From Octopus sinensis (lineage: Eukaryota): a stretch of 64,000 bases of DNA. The notes under the pieces were generated by a model. It was not told the DNA's origin and did no database searches. It saw only the letters and a program-made list of their open reading frames with translations. Each line of letters starts with the position of its first letter. Position 1 is the stretch's first letter. Positions 1 to 14,269 of the stretch are shown one piece after another. The stretch spans positions 142,848,001 to 142,912,000 of the forward strand of contig NC_042999.1 in assembly GCF_006345805.1 (NCBI RefSeq), written 5' to 3'. The position numbers were made by a program, and so were the translations under genes.

Positions 1-245
1 TTGAGAGAGACCCTTTAGCTGAAATAAATGTATATACACTTATGCATAGTGGTTGTGAACTTAAGATGCTGGTTTATTGACTGTGTTTATAAGTTCAAAT
101 CTAACTGCTGTTGTTCACCTTATACAAAGTGAATAACTCTACTTTCTCCATTTTTCCTGACTCTCCTCTTCACACTCTTACTTCATACAAGAATGTAAAG
201 GTTATATTTGGTTATATTTTGTAAAATTTTTATATTCAATTTCAG

Positions 246-358
246 GTTGCAGAATTGAATCTGTTCTTCCTAAAACACATATTTATGATTCCCCCTGCAC
301 ATCCAGTCAATGTGATACGCACTGTGCTTATTGCACTTGTTTCTGCACCAGCAATTAG
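246..358 (+). CDS. PTDSS1: Phosphatidylserine synthase 1-like, internal coding exon (upstream exons lie before the window)
   Basis: ttcag|...|gtgag boundaries; translates VAELNLFFLKHIFMIPPAHPVNVIRTVLIALVSAPAI(R), matching the PTDSS1 ELNxFFLKHIF motif; ends in phase 2. Confidence 0.92.
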
Positions 359-869
359 GTGAGTTTACTTTGAGTCTCAGAACTAGAATGGAGCCAGCAA
401 TTATGGATGTTAAACATTGGTTTGTAATAGTGTGTGCATGCATGTGCACATATGTGTGCATCAACATCAGTTTTGGTACAGTACTTTCATGATATGCTGT
501 CTATTCCTTCTTTATAGTTGTGGTCACATGACAGTTTTATTTATATTTTGCCAGTAGCAATTACAGAATACTAATTATATTGTCATCATACAGCATATGG
601 TGCCTTCTATTATGTTTATATATGCACAAAATAAATTACCTCATGGCTGTATAGTTGAATATGTAATTTTGCACTTTTTATCAGATCATCGCCATAGCAG
701 GATGTTTAAAAAGTTTCCAAGTTTAATTCAGAGTATATTGGGCCTATTTTTCTGGTTTTCTCTTATAAGTTCAGATCCTTATGAGATGAAACCTGGGTTT
801 GCAACCATATTAATAATAAACAAACAAAATAGATACAGTTAAAAAAGAAAGATTTCTAAATATATATAT

Positions 870-1175
870 TTAGTAGCCGGTGGCACATAAAAAGCACCAT
901 CTGAACGTGGCCGATGCCAGCGCCGCCTTGACTGGCTTTCGTGCCGGTGGTACGTAAAATGCACCAATCCTATCGTGGCCGTTGCCAGCCTCGCCTGGCA
1001 CGTAAAAAGCACCCACTACACTCACAGAGTGGTTGACGTTAGGAAGGGCATCCAGCTGTAGAAACACTGCCAGATCAGACTGGAGCCTGGTGCAGCCTTC
1101 TGGCTTCCCAGATCCCCGGTCGAACCGTCCAACCCATGCTAGCATGGAGAACAGACATTAAACGATGATGATGAT
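870..1175 (+). mobile_element. SINE-like repeat with (ATG/CAT)n tail
   Basis: Core ggaagggcatccagctgtagaaac...ccgtccaacccatgctagcatgg followed by gatgatgat; recurs inverted at ~4997, 24280, 47063, 54961 and 63449. Confidence 0.8.
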
Positions 1176-1796
1176 AATAAAATAGTAGTATAAAAAAAAA
1201 TTTTTTTTTAAAGTTACGATGATCTGCTTCAAATGACAGAGAAAAATATGTAAGCAATTATCTCTCATCATGAAAGGATCTGCTTAAAACATTGGCTGTT
1301 TAAAGCTAATTTGTTAATATTCAGGAATACAAAAGAATTCAGTTTTCTTTCAGTTGAGTAACTTAAACCACTTTGAGCACTACCTGTGTCTAAAATTTTT
1401 CCATTTTGTATAGCTTCCAGAATGTTTACTTTCCTGGAGGTATATGTGCCACCTTCCTCTAACTTTGCTTTTAGACTTAGATTTCCCATTTTCTGGTTTT
1501 TGTCTTCCACTCTCTAAGAATCACTATTGTGGTTAGTTTTTTTTTCCCTCTTCATGTTTCAAGTATTATCTCAGTATTTTTATGATTCTTATTTTCTTTT
1601 ACATATATACCTGTCTTCTTTTCCTCTTTCTCTCTCTCTCCTCCCAACTTACACACAATCTTTCTCACAATTTTCCCTAAAATATTTTAGTTGTATCATC
1701 CTTATGAAATATAGTTTTGTTAAGATGATAATTCATACTACATTTACCAGTTCTTGTCCCATTTTAATCCTCAATAGGATATTGTTCCATAAATGA

Positions 1797-1916
<120 letters not shown>

Positions 1917-3962
1917 TAAGTGTACTTTAACATTCTGATTCTTGTGTAACATTTTCATAAGGTCAGCCCAATATCATTATTTTGTATTCGTTTTTGCCTT
2001 GCTTGGAGACATCTTGCTACTTGTTGCAATCTTTGTCATTTCCTTTATAAAGTTCAGCTTCCTGAGATCAGTTTCACCATTTCTTTCCATTATTGTTCTC
2101 TTCCACAGATTGCCCATTACTTCTTTAGTTATTTGTCATCCTCCATTTGTTTCATATAACCATCTCTCTTGCACACTTATGATTCTTCTTGTGCTTAGTC
2201 TTTCCCTTATGCACTCTAATGTTACATATCCAGCAGAGCATGCTTGTTTCATTTCTTCCCAACCTTCACACATCTTCCACATTTAGTGCCCATGTTTTAT
2301 TACCGTGTAATTTCTCAATTCATAGATAAATTTTTCTATTATGCTACCACCCCGCTCCTACACTTTCACTGCTAATTAATTACTAATTAACTAGGTAACA
2401 GAAGCTAGCAACTATTTCTAGGAGACCTTCCAAACATTTGAAAGAATTCATTTTATTACTGCTAACTACTTCTGCATATCTACTATAAACAATAATTCTC
2501 TATTAAGCCTTCCAGCAATCCCACTGCATCTCTTATATGCTCTTAGTTTACACCACATGGCATTTCTACAAATTTCTTTCTTACATATCAAGCTTGGCCA
2601 TTACCTACACAGCAGTGGAGTCTTACTTGATAACCAAAACATTTGTCTTTGTATGGTTTACTTGAATCTAGGCTTTCCCTTCCACATTTGGAATTTCTTG
2701 TCTAAATCTATGAGATTTATACATTTCATTTAGAGGAAATCCCCTTGGGCAGCCAGTCTTAAAAATCAGTTATAGTCTAGAGAATGTTAATAAATAGGGG
2801 TCTTAGAACTAAATCCTGACAGACAGTTACCTGGATGTTAAATTCCTTGGTATGATCATTGCTTACAGCATTTCTGTACCTGACATACTTGGCTTTCACA
2901 AACCATTCATCTACACTTAATTTCTTTAACAACCACTAGACAAGAGAGTGTAGTATCATGTTATCTCACTAGGAAGAGGGCATCAGTGGTGCTCTTCCTG
3001 TCACAAGCTGAACTGCATCTCATCCAAGTTAATTTTCTTTGCTGACTAGTTGTGCTATAACCCATTCGTTTATTTTCATAGCTTGGTCCATCAGTCCAAT
3101 ATCAAAAATGACTGAAGTAAATTGTCCAGAGATATTGTTTGGGCAGATGTCCAAGCTGGTATTTTTCCAAAATTATGATTTAAAATTTTTTTAATTTAGG
3201 AAGAGGAGGTGGAAAGAGTTCTCATGACCATTACAAACTGTCCCAGAGTGGTGAAATTGATGTAATCTATACTTAGAACATCATTAGATTAGTACCTGCA
3301 AGAAAAGCAAGGGTGGGAAAGGAGTTGTTGTTCTGGTTTGAATGCTTCTATTTGTAAACTCTGTGAAAGAACCAAATAATGTGTTTTTATTAAAACAAGT
3401 AATGTTTATGTTAGAATGTCATCCTGCGGTGAAAACTTTGTTTTCTAGATGTGTAATCAATAATATCTCTTAATGGAATTAAAGAACTATTCATATAGTC
3501 ATGTTGGAGATTTCTAGGATCGCCATCATAAAACAACACAACTTTTAGGCTTATCAAACAGTCATCTAAATATTTATCAGAATATACATAAATATAGCAC
3601 TAAAGCTTTAAAAAAATATTTTGAATGAGAAATATCTTTATGATGTGTTTTATATAGAGAGACTCTTCTATAATTTAAAATCTGTCCATATAGCTTTGTG
3701 TGGGGTAAATTTCATTACAGTTTTGGTTTCATTATATAAATGACAAAATTTTTATTATCCTCTTGTGCTAGGCTCACTTTCTCCCCTAAGAACACAAGAA
3801 AACCATTCTGAAACTTTGAATTTTCATAATGGTGCTTAATCCTTTAATAGATTATAGGACATGATAATGAAAATATATCAAAATCCTAATTGATATTCTT
3901 CTATTTTGGATATTTTACAAAATGTTTTTTTCTGAATTATTAACAAATTTCTCCACTTTTAG

Positions 3963-4062
3963 TGCCATTACTTTAACAGAAGCTATTGTATGTGTCAAAT
4001 TTGGAATGGACCTCTTCAAGAAAACAGTCATGATGTGGCTTCTCTTTTGGCTTGGAGTTCAA
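3963..4062 (+). CDS. PTDSS1: PTDSS1-like exon
   Basis: tttag|...|gtaagt; translates AITLTEAIVCVKFGMDLFKKTVMMWLLFWLGVQ (PTDSS1 EAIVCIKFG motif); phase 2 to phase 0. Confidence 0.92.
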
Positions 4063-4996
4063 GTAAGTATAGATCCATTATCAATATTGTCATCAGTGTT
4101 TTTGTATGCTTTTCCCCAGGCTGGTGGGAGTTGGACAAAATTCCTCAAAGCAATATTCTGTGGTCAAATCCCTTCTTGTCATTTGTTACAAGTAAGATAT
4201 TATTTATATCACATGTCTTCATATGTTTTTAAAATACTGAGCTGCAGAATGTATTGTTTATAGGAAACTTTACCTCATTTGCTCAAATTGTGTCATATGG
4301 AGACACATTAAAGGTAAAAAACTCAAGTGTGCACACATATACACACACACATACATGCACATGCTTCCTGTCTTCCAAATTCACTCACAAAGCATTGGTC
4401 AGTATAAGGTTATAGAAGACACATACGAAACCTGAAATCATGTGCTTACTTAGCAAACTCCATATTCACACAGCTGTGTCTATTTTTTTTTTCTTTTCTT
4501 TTAGAATTAACTCTTATTAATATACTTGCCTTATTTCATTGCCTCCTACTTTAAAAATTGTTACATGCATTTGCCTTGCTTGGGACTGGTGAGAGGAAGA
4601 GTATCTGACTAAAAATCTACCTCATCAAATTTCATTTGCTCAATGCAAGCAGGGAAAAGTGGATGTTAAACAATGATGATAGACATGCATACACAATACT
4701 GGAATGCTTCTATCTTGAGATATTTGATGTGAAATTATTGAACTATTATGTGCTCTCCTCTTTGTGCCCATCCATCTTCTGACATCTTCGTTTATTACTC
4801 TGATATTCAGTTTTATATTCATAGTAAATTCTTGTATCAATATATATACATAGAAATACTAATGACATGATCATGAAATAATTTTGAAGATACTCTTTGC
4901 TTTGTGTGTATGTTTCTATCTATCCATCCATCCATACATACACTTTATTTTTGATCCTAAGAAGGTGTTTGAATTGTTGAGCAAGATTTTGAAGAA

Positions 4997-5165
4997 CATC
5001 ATCATCATCATCACCATTTAACGTCCGTTTTCCATGCTAGCATGGGTTGGACGGTTCAACTGGGGTCTGGGAAGCCAGGGGGCTGCACCAAGCTCCAGTC
5101 TGATATGGCAGTGTTTCTACAGCTGGATGCCCTTCCTAATGCCAACTACTCCATGAGTGTAGATG
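4997..5165 (-). mobile_element. SINE-like repeat, same family as 870-1175
   Basis: catcatcat...ttccatgctagcatgggttggacgg...cagctggatgcccttcctaatgcc is the reverse complement of the family core. Confidence 0.8.
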
Positions 5166-5639
5166 GGTGACACAAATAAAATGCATAAATCCCAATTTCA
5201 GAATCTGTTGTCAGCTTTATATTTTAGAAGCTACCTAGCTAACAAATATATATTCCCATAATTTTGTTGTGGTGGAAATTTTTTAGAGGTGAAGATAAGC
5301 TATTAACCAACTGTAGTAGTTCAAACAAATATCACCTTTTTCTAAATAGAAAATATTAGAGGAAAGTTTTCAAAATTTTCAAAAAGAAAAATCTGCAAGT
5401 ACCATATATAATTTTAAAAAATCCAGTATAAATGTATCAGACATTATTTCATAGAAGACTAACATTTTTGGTTTGTACATACTGCTGACAAATTTAATCT
5501 GGTGTTTTCACCCAAAGATTCTTTTAATTACAGATTTTTCTGCTAGAATAAGGAGGCATTGTGATCAAAAAGTATGAACAGTCTCAGCCAGTTAGATTTT
5601 GCTTTCAAGACTATTTACTTTATTTTTCTCTTCTTTCAG

Positions 5640-5696
5640 CTCCTAGGCAGTTTGGCCTGTGTTTACTCATGTGCACTGTTTGCTAAAAGAAATGAG
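5640..5696 (+). CDS. PTDSS1: PTDSS1-like exon
   Basis: polypyrimidine tract then ttcag|...|gtaaat; translates LLGSLACVYSCALFAKRNE (last transmembrane segment); 57 nt, phase 0. Confidence 0.85.
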
Positions 5697-6480
5697 GTAA
5701 ATATAATTTTGATCTTTCATTCTGTGAATATTTTAGTTATTTTCGTGACTTCAAAAATATGTGATTGTAGCTTATGTAGATTCTGTTAAGAGTTGATTAG
5801 AATACTTAGATGAGGGCCGATGTAGGTTGATATTAAATTTTCATGGTTGCAGTGAAAATAGGGCTGTCTGAGAGAGAGAGAGAGAGAATGTAGTTTTACT
5901 GCAGAAATGACAATGTTTATAATTTCCTTTGTCGTTCTTAGACTGAGGTTAATCAATTTGATAGTTAATGTAATGTGTGTTGTCTCAGGTTGGTTCATGC
6001 TTAAAATGAATTCACAATTGGCTTTGTTTGAGGGATATATAATTCAGATGAAATAGATGTTACTCGCCCATCAAAGATTTAGCTAGAGTAGTAGAGGGTA
6101 GAATTATGACTTTAGGATGTTTCATTTGAATTGATTGGACTGAGAAAATGGTAATATATGCATGGAAAGAGAATTTCAAGAAGATGCTGTTCTAGGGAGA
6201 AGTGAAGACCATTCAATGTGTGATGTGAAAGAAAAGGTTTTGTTTTTTTGTGTAGTGGAGGTTAATGTATTATCCTTAAAAGAGGGCAAGTACAATTCAA
6301 AATGTTTAGAAAGCTTTTGTGACAGAGAAAGTCAGTGGTTTGTGACCATGTGATTAGAATAAGATTTAGAATAACATTTAAAAAATGTTGGGCCACACAT
6401 AATAGTTCCATTACTTGACTTATAATTCCATATATTATCATCCAACCCATGCCCTTTTGGAGAAATATAGTGGCTGTGTA

Positions 6481-6870
6481 AGGCATAGGCGTGGCTATGT
6501 GGTAAGAAGCTTGCTTGCCTACCACATGATTCCAGGTTAAGTCCTATTGAGTGGCACTTAAGGCAAGTGTCTTCTACTATAGCCTCAGGCTGACCAAAGC
6601 CTTGTGGATTTGGTAGATGAAAACTGAAAGAAGCCTGTCATTTATTTATATATGTATGTATATATTTGTGTGTCTGTGTTTGTCCCCCACCATCGCTTGA
6701 CAACCAATGTTGGTGTCTATACATCCCTGAAACTTAACAGTTCAGCAAAAGAGACTGATAGAATAAGTATTAGGCTTGTAATGAATAAATCCTGGGGCCA
6801 ATTTAGTCGACTGGAAGTGGTGCTCCAGCATGGCCACAGTCAAATGACTGAAACAAGTGAAAGAATAAAT
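6481..6870 (+). mobile_element. tRNA-derived SINE
   Basis: A-box-like tggctatgtggtaag and B-box-like ggttaagtcc head; internal (TG)/(TA) tract; related copies at ~41146-41530 (+) and ~30385-30600 (-). Confidence 0.7.
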
Positions 6871-7329
6871 AGCATATGGTAATATCTGATGTTAATAGCA
6901 TTGGTTGTTCAATTGATCAGGGTAATAGCTTGAAGACAGTTAATTGTAAACCTAAGAGCAAGCCATAAATGCTGCACCCAAAGTCGAAATAGAACCCCAT
7001 GCCATATTCTGTTACATAGTAGCAAGTTGCAAAAGGCTCAGTGGTACAGTCAGCATTAATGGCACTCGTAGTTAAAATTTTAATTGAACTGTGAAGGTGT
7101 AAGTCCTGGTAACGGTGATCAGGGCTGATGATTAACGTGTGGAACTAATAAACATTTAGTTATGAAGGAATGTATTGTGTGTGTAGTTTCTATGTGTGAC
7201 TGAGTGCATGCATATATGTGTGTGTGAATTTTTATACATATATACACATGCACACACACACACACACATATATATACATACATACACCCACAGACATTTA
7301 ACATTAAATGCAATTATTTTCTCTTGCAG

Positions 7330-7530
7330 CACAAAATGAATGCAGATTGGATGGACTCTGACAGTACAAGTCGTACAACACCTGTGCATCAAAATTACTC
7401 AGCACATAATGTGCAGAGTAATTCTGCAGAAACATCAGAGGGCAACAGCACCCCTCAAGAAACAGGCAGTCTCAGTCGTAGTCCGCTACATCATAGGGTA
7501 AAGAGTAACGTGACTAACGGAAGCCTCTAG
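7330..7530 (+). CDS. PTDSS1: PTDSS1-like terminal coding exon
   Basis: ttgcag| acceptor; hydrophilic Ser-rich tail HKMNADWMDSDSTS...KSNVTNGSL* resembling the PTDSS1 C-terminus (SKVTNG); TAG stop. Confidence 0.85.
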   Translation, partial: HKMNADWMDSDSTSRTTPVHQNYSAHNVQSNSAETSEGNSTPQETGSLSRSPLHHRVKSNVTNGSL

Positions 7531-10500
7531 GCAATCAGACTAATCTGAAGATTGGTTTTTGCTTCATTTCTCCCTTCCACAATATACAATAAAAGCACAT
7601 GGGAAGGGAGCTATATTATCATGAAGTAACTCTCAAGGAAGCCAGTAGTGGATTTCATTGAGAAATTAAATTAAAATATACTGCAACAGGCTGTAACTGT
7701 TTAACAACAGACAATCACGTGAATATTGGGCAATGTTTTTTTTTCTGTTTTGTTTTGTTTTTTTTTTTCTAATTCCTGTAAGCCCAATGAGTCTGTACAT
7801 TGGCATTGACATTCCATTTTATGCCCAGTTACTTATCCTAACAATGTTGTGAGGTTGGGAAGAAGGATTAAACAAAGCAACTTATGAGATTTAACCTACT
7901 TTAATTTAAAAACCTTTTTTTAAATTTGACTTTATGTAAGATTGTAAAGAACTGTATTTATTTCTCCCTCTTTCTAACCAAAGACTTTAATCAGTTGATG
8001 GCTCCCTGAAAAATTAAAATAAAATAAAGTTTTTGATCTGCATATATTAATATATTATATGCAGTTTGTTAAATGGGTCGATTGGGGACACCATTTAACT
8101 CCTCCTGTCTCATGAGTCATCAGTTCATATCCTGTTGTAATAGATATTTCATTGTATCTTGGATTAAAACACTTTTCTCAACTTGCCTCTCTTTACCTAG
8201 CTGGAGAGAACAGGTAAAATACCATCTGTTGTAGACTAGCAATTTATCCAGGAACAGAGGTTTATCTAGTCAAAGTTTGCGAGAGGATTTAAGTTAGCTT
8301 TATTTGAGCAAACCTATGGAGTTAGCTGATCAAATGAAGCATTTATTTGATCAGTATTTCAAGCTATGACCATTTCATCTTTTAAGAATTAAAATATCTG
8401 ATACACTCTTTTTAAATATGTTAAAGGAGTTTATAGATGGAAATTTCAATATTACATTGAGTATATCAAATAATGTCTTGGAAATTCTATTATTGAATTG
8501 TCAGGACTGATGTTTATCAAGGATCTTCAGACTACTAGATTATTAGGTCATGGCTTGATACACTAATTCTTTGTAATCCCATCACATATTATTGAGCAGT
8601 ACTAAAGAAACAAACTGAGAAAGTACTACAGAGCTGGTTGCTATTGCACTTATCTTTTAACTGAAACAATTACTTCACTGATGGCTTTATTTCTAAACTT
8701 TAGTGTTCTCACTTTAATTTTCCTTTTTTTAATCAAATGATTAATTTATTTTCAATCATATATAGTTAACCTGCTAATTTTATTTGTTCCAACACTAAAA
8801 AAAAATGGGAACAAATATAAAAAAAAATGTAGAAGTCTCTTATATATGTAAATAAAGACAAGAAAATCTGAAAACTTCTAGAGTTGGAGTTGTTTGAAAT
8901 AGATAAAGAAATTAAATTTACAGAGATGTTAACATTCTGTAAATGCTTTTGAAACTTCTCAGCATTTCTTTGGCTTTATGTTTGTGTCGTACTATTTAAA
9001 TGTGCTTAGACACATACACTGATGTGATCTACCCTATTTTAAGTTTGCTGCTAAGTAATTCATCTACCTCTGAAGAAGCCCCAAGCTGCAAAGGCTTAAA
9101 TTTTATTTTTTTGTTGTTTATATTTATTATTTATCGATTTGTTTGTCTGTCAGGAACTAGATATATTAATTATATAAACTGTAGATTAAAACTTTTGCTG
9201 AGAGAAGATTAATATCCTAGAGAGACAATACTGCAGCAACCCTAAGTAGTTACTCAACTTTTCTCCACATTTTGTTTATTTAATGAAAAAACCTAATTAA
9301 AATTGAATTTTGTATTTCTTCTAATTATAAATATGACAAAGAAAATGTTTACTGGTTGTGTGATCTTGTTCATTTGTTTCTGCACCATCTATTAATTAGC
9401 ATGGGCAAGCATAACTTGGTTAGATTCACCCATATGAAATAAATCTATTAATAAACTATTCTTCAGCCCAAACCAGATATATAACACTTAGAAAAACCTT
9501 ATAGTATGTCTCTGTATGGTTTGTGCTGTAGGCAAAGCAACAATGATTGGTTACCACATCAGTGAATTATGATGTGTCACTGAAAGTGGTTTGTGCTAAG
9601 ATGTCTACATACAGGATATGAACTGTTGACCCTCCAACCAAAAGTCAGACACCTTATCAACTGAGATATCTAAAGAACCCCTGTTTAAAAGTGAACTAGC
9701 AAAAATGCATAAATGTATTCTGTGTAATTTTTCTAGTAAACACACTTGTATATATTTGTGTGTATAAATTGGTGAAACCCATAATCCATTTGTCTTCATA
9801 GAGACTATTTTGAGCAAATCAACACAGAGCCCATCATTCCAGGCTAATACCTAAGGCAAGATTTGAACTTGGCACTGAAAAACTAATAAAACAGTCATCA
9901 TTTATACAGTGCTGCTGTCTGCAACCGTAAGATTTACTTTTCTGTGTCATTTTTTTTACTACTTGGTGAATTTAATGCCATTTAAAAGTTCTTGGTCAGA
10001 GACACAGCACAATGACTTGACTGGAATAGTTGCCTCAGTTGAGTTCAACATCCTATCACATCAAGAAGCTGACATACAGACACACATTTATAAATAAGAT
10101 TAAAGATATTTAAAGAATGTCAGTTTTATATTTCTTCTTAATCATGATTGTCTGTCTGTTAAAGGAAGTTTCTGTTGTGGTTGCTCCAATAGAAGTTCAA
10201 TGCTGCAATTCAGGTTGAAATGGCAGACTGATTTCAACTTGAATTGACTTGAGATTTGAAACTTCTAAGGAGAAGTTATCCATGAGGCCCTCAGGCATGT
10301 CTAGTAGAGCAATTTGCATTTTATTTGAAATATAGTCCCATTGGAACCTGAGGTTTTTTACTCCCATCCAATGGTGGCTCTATGACTGGAGACTTTCAGA
10401 AAAAAATTGTATCTAATGCACTTAATAGTTAATGTACTGCTGGCTACAAATAAATGAGTAACCACTTACATAACTGATTGTATTTGTTGCATATTTATCC

Positions 10501-13117
10501 ATAACTGGCATTGGGGAGGAGAAGGTTGCAAATATTTCACTTTATACATAAATATATCTTGTTTTATTTTATGTTAGTCTTTTACAAAAAAAAATTAATA
10601 AATACAGAAATGTCATGGTGATTGTAAACAGACTGTCTCAAATTTCTTTAGTTCCCCTTCTGTTGTCGTATATAAACATTAAAACAAAATCCTTAATCTA
10701 ATTTATATTTGTTCTTTTCTTTTTTCATTGCTAAATCTACAGACACAGTAACATCATAATGTAACTTCAAGTTTAAAGTAGAAACTTTAGTTGCACAATT
10801 TCTAAACTAGTGGAAATTCCTCGTTTGGCACTTATTTTCTCACCACTCTGGTTAGTTTTTACCAGATCTAGTTTAGAACAACAAAGCTCTATTGCTATTT
10901 TCTTCCTTAAATGTGTTAGGTGTGAGATTGAAATTTGTGGGATTCTATTAGAGAAGAAAATGAAGTTGATTTCTCCATTTCCTACTCCCAGATCAGTGGA
11001 GGACATGAACTGAACACTGCAAGTTAATTAAACACCTGTTAATGACACAGCATTCCCATTTTTCAAGCAGTGATTTTATGCTTGATAGATCATGATATTC
11101 AATGACTGAACATATGTTGTGACTATGAACACAACACATTGCTGCTCTTAATGGGATATCAACTGTTGACTTTCACTGTTAATTTAAAAGTCAATACTTA
11201 TGACTACCTTTGTTTCCCAATGCAAAAGTAAAATGGTAGAAATATACAACACTTGTTGTTAAAAAAGAAAACAAAAATTTTTTTAATCATTCGTGTAATG
11301 TCATTTTCATATCAGTCTTATTATAATTTCATTTAGTTGCTTTTTTTTTGTACTTTTCCTTGATTTTCTTAGTAAATAGTGAGCCAAATAAAAATATCTT
11401 AGGCTTCAGTGAATTGAAATCAATATCTGAGATTAGCTTTCATAATTTAACAGTTATTAAAACCAGTAATATACTGGGGGAAGTATGTCATTGTTATCAG
11501 TTACACTTCTCTTGAAAATTGGTTTAGATCTAAGTCAAAGAAAAATCCCATCCCTCAATTTTTTCTTTTTTATTCTCTAAAAACAAATGTTCCTTTAGAA
11601 GTATGTTCTAGAACATGAAATTATTTTGCCTTATTCTTGCCTTGGCAATTCTGTTCCTGTTCCTTAAGAGGCGTTCTACTAAGATTACTGACAGAAGATT
11701 CACAATCTTCGATTCACTGAATGTTATCTACAAATATTTTTGCTTTGCTTTGTTTTTTCTTTGTTTAAACAAATTGATACTTATTAAAAATGTGCAAAAT
11801 ATAAACATTGTGTGTGTGTGTGTCTACATACATACATACATACATACATTCATATATAAAACCATTTTTGTAAGTTTGTGTACTTGAGTACACTAAACAT
11901 GCACTGAATAAAAGACCCAATACCGGTTGTTGTCAAAATATTCTTTATTTTTAGCAAAAGTTTGAAGTAAACAGTTCACCCTTGATATTAAATATCAAAA
12001 TATATTACTGTGTGTGTATGTATATATACATGCATTTATGTATATTTGTGTGTAAGCTACAGTTCACTGACTAAAACCAGTAGCGTTTATGTGTTTGTGT
12101 ATATAAATTCCAATTTTAGAATAGGTACACCCATGTCTCTGCAGGTTTTAAGAGGCAACTAAAATGAAATTGGAAACAAGACGATGAGGCATTTAGCCAT
12201 AAACCCATATTAGAAAACCTAACCAACCCATGCTAGCACAGAAAAGCGTATGTAAAATGAGACACCTGTGAACTCATGGGTTCGATTGTGGACTGGAAAG
12301 TGCATTGTATCCTTGAGCAAGATACTTTACTCCATATTGCTCTAGTCTACTCAACAGAAAACAAGTCCCAACAAATAGCTGATGAAGCCTCACCTCCATT
12401 GTCATATCCTCAATGTTCCAATCTGTCAAAGGTGAAAGTGTCTAGAACTGCTCACGACTGAAAGCCTGGTAGAAGCTATCAGGTCATTTTATATGTATGT
12501 GTATTTCATACATACATATATTTGTGTGCGTGTGAATGGAAAGTAGTGAATTTGCTTACTCATGCTTGTTGAGTTTAACCAGGTAATGTACTTGTAATAT
12601 TGATTTGTAAAGCAGTGCCTCTTTAGGTTACAAGTACTGTAAAGTATTCAATTTTTTTTTTTTTTTTGATGATTCTACCAGTTCCTCATGTAATAAATAT
12701 AAAATTGTGTGTCCCTTATTTGGTGACTTGTTTACAACAAATCCTGTTTCAATTCCTACTGAATCTGCTCTCAGCTAGCCTCTGATTCTTTAACCAGACC
12801 AGATATATATATTCTAGTCACTAAATAAACACACTTCACTTCCTGAAGAATATTTAATTTGTATCTGTATGGTTTGTTATGAACAAATACAGCGTCTCAC
12901 ACACATTTTATAACAAGGTGATGCCTGATAGTTGTAATTGTTTAAATATTTCTCTCTCTTTCCTCAAAAGGGAAAATGAAAATCATTTTTACTTTTGAAG
13001 AGGCACAGAAAAACCAGCTATAATCTAGTTAATAAAATACATTTTGACTCAACAATTATAATGTATTGTGTATATTGTCTGCTTTATATTGACTTACATT
13101 TATACATCTTAAATGTA

Positions 13118-13159
<42 letters not shown>

Positions 13160-13161
<2 letters not shown>

Positions 13162-13460
13162 TGATACTGTGTTGGTTTTGAGGACAAGGGTTCCAGTTGA
13201 TCTGATCAACAGAATAGCTTGGTTTTGAAATTAACATGCAAATGGCTGAGCACTCTACACACACAACATAGTTCTCTGAGATTCATTGTGACAAGGCTGG
13301 TCCTTTGAAATGCAGGTACAATTCATTTTTGCCAGCTGAGTGAACTGGAGCAACATAAAATAAAACATCACGTTCAAGGACTCAATGTGCTACCAGGAAT
13401 TGAACTCATGATCTTACAATCCTTAGCCAAATACCCTAACCACTAAGCCATGCACCTTCA
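13160..13460 (-). mobile_element. tRNA-derived SINE, degenerate
   Basis: Reverse strand starts with a tRNA-like head (tggcttagtggttagggtatttggc...gagttcaattcctgg); abuts a (TA)n tract. Confidence 0.55.
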
Positions 13461-14269
13461 CTGTAAATTTATATATTAATTGAAGGGTACAGTATTATAT
13501 ATCCATTACAGCTGATCTTACCAATCGGTTTCACACTAAGGCTTCAATAGTGTTAAGTAACAGTCTGATTATGTAACTGTGCTCTTTAGGAGTAGCCATT
13601 ATGGAATATATGTATGTATATATATATATATATAGTTTCTTCATTATTTTATGTATGCTCTCCCATATCAGCATGGGTTGGACAAGTCATCAGGGACCAT
13701 GTCTTACTCATACACTGTAATTTTGACATGGCTTCTGCAGATATAAGCACTATTACAAAGTGTATTAGGGTCACATTATTGTAACACTAGCACTGAAGAG
13801 GTTACTTTGTTTTTGCAAGACTAAATAATCCCCTCTATGCCCTGTAGTCTCTGTTCTCTAGCATCAGAGAGCTGTTTTATCTGTGGCAGACACCAGAAAA
13901 GAATAGTGATAGAGAAGACAGTAAAGGGAGAGAGAGAGAGTGGTAGATGGCTACATAGGATTGCTGGTCAAGGGGATTCAATACAAACAAGCCTTGTGAT
14001 GGGGAAGATGGAAGACAGTAATATCCATAATGAATGAGTGATGGACAATAATAAAGATAGGTGGTAATGAGAGTTGGGATGAAGAATGATAGGAAAGAAA
14101 GCAACAGCTAGTAAATGAATCCAATACAATGCCATCACATACAGAAGTAAATACGAGAGTGGAAGTAGGGATAGTGGCAAATAATGGAGACTTAATATAA
14201 ACAATAGTAAAGAGAGCATCAAATGTATATATTATACATACCAGTCTTCAGCATTTTTAAATCCATTCT

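Noticed and set aside
6481-6560. tRNA-like sequence
   Set aside because: It is the head of a multi-copy SINE and has no complete cloverleaf.
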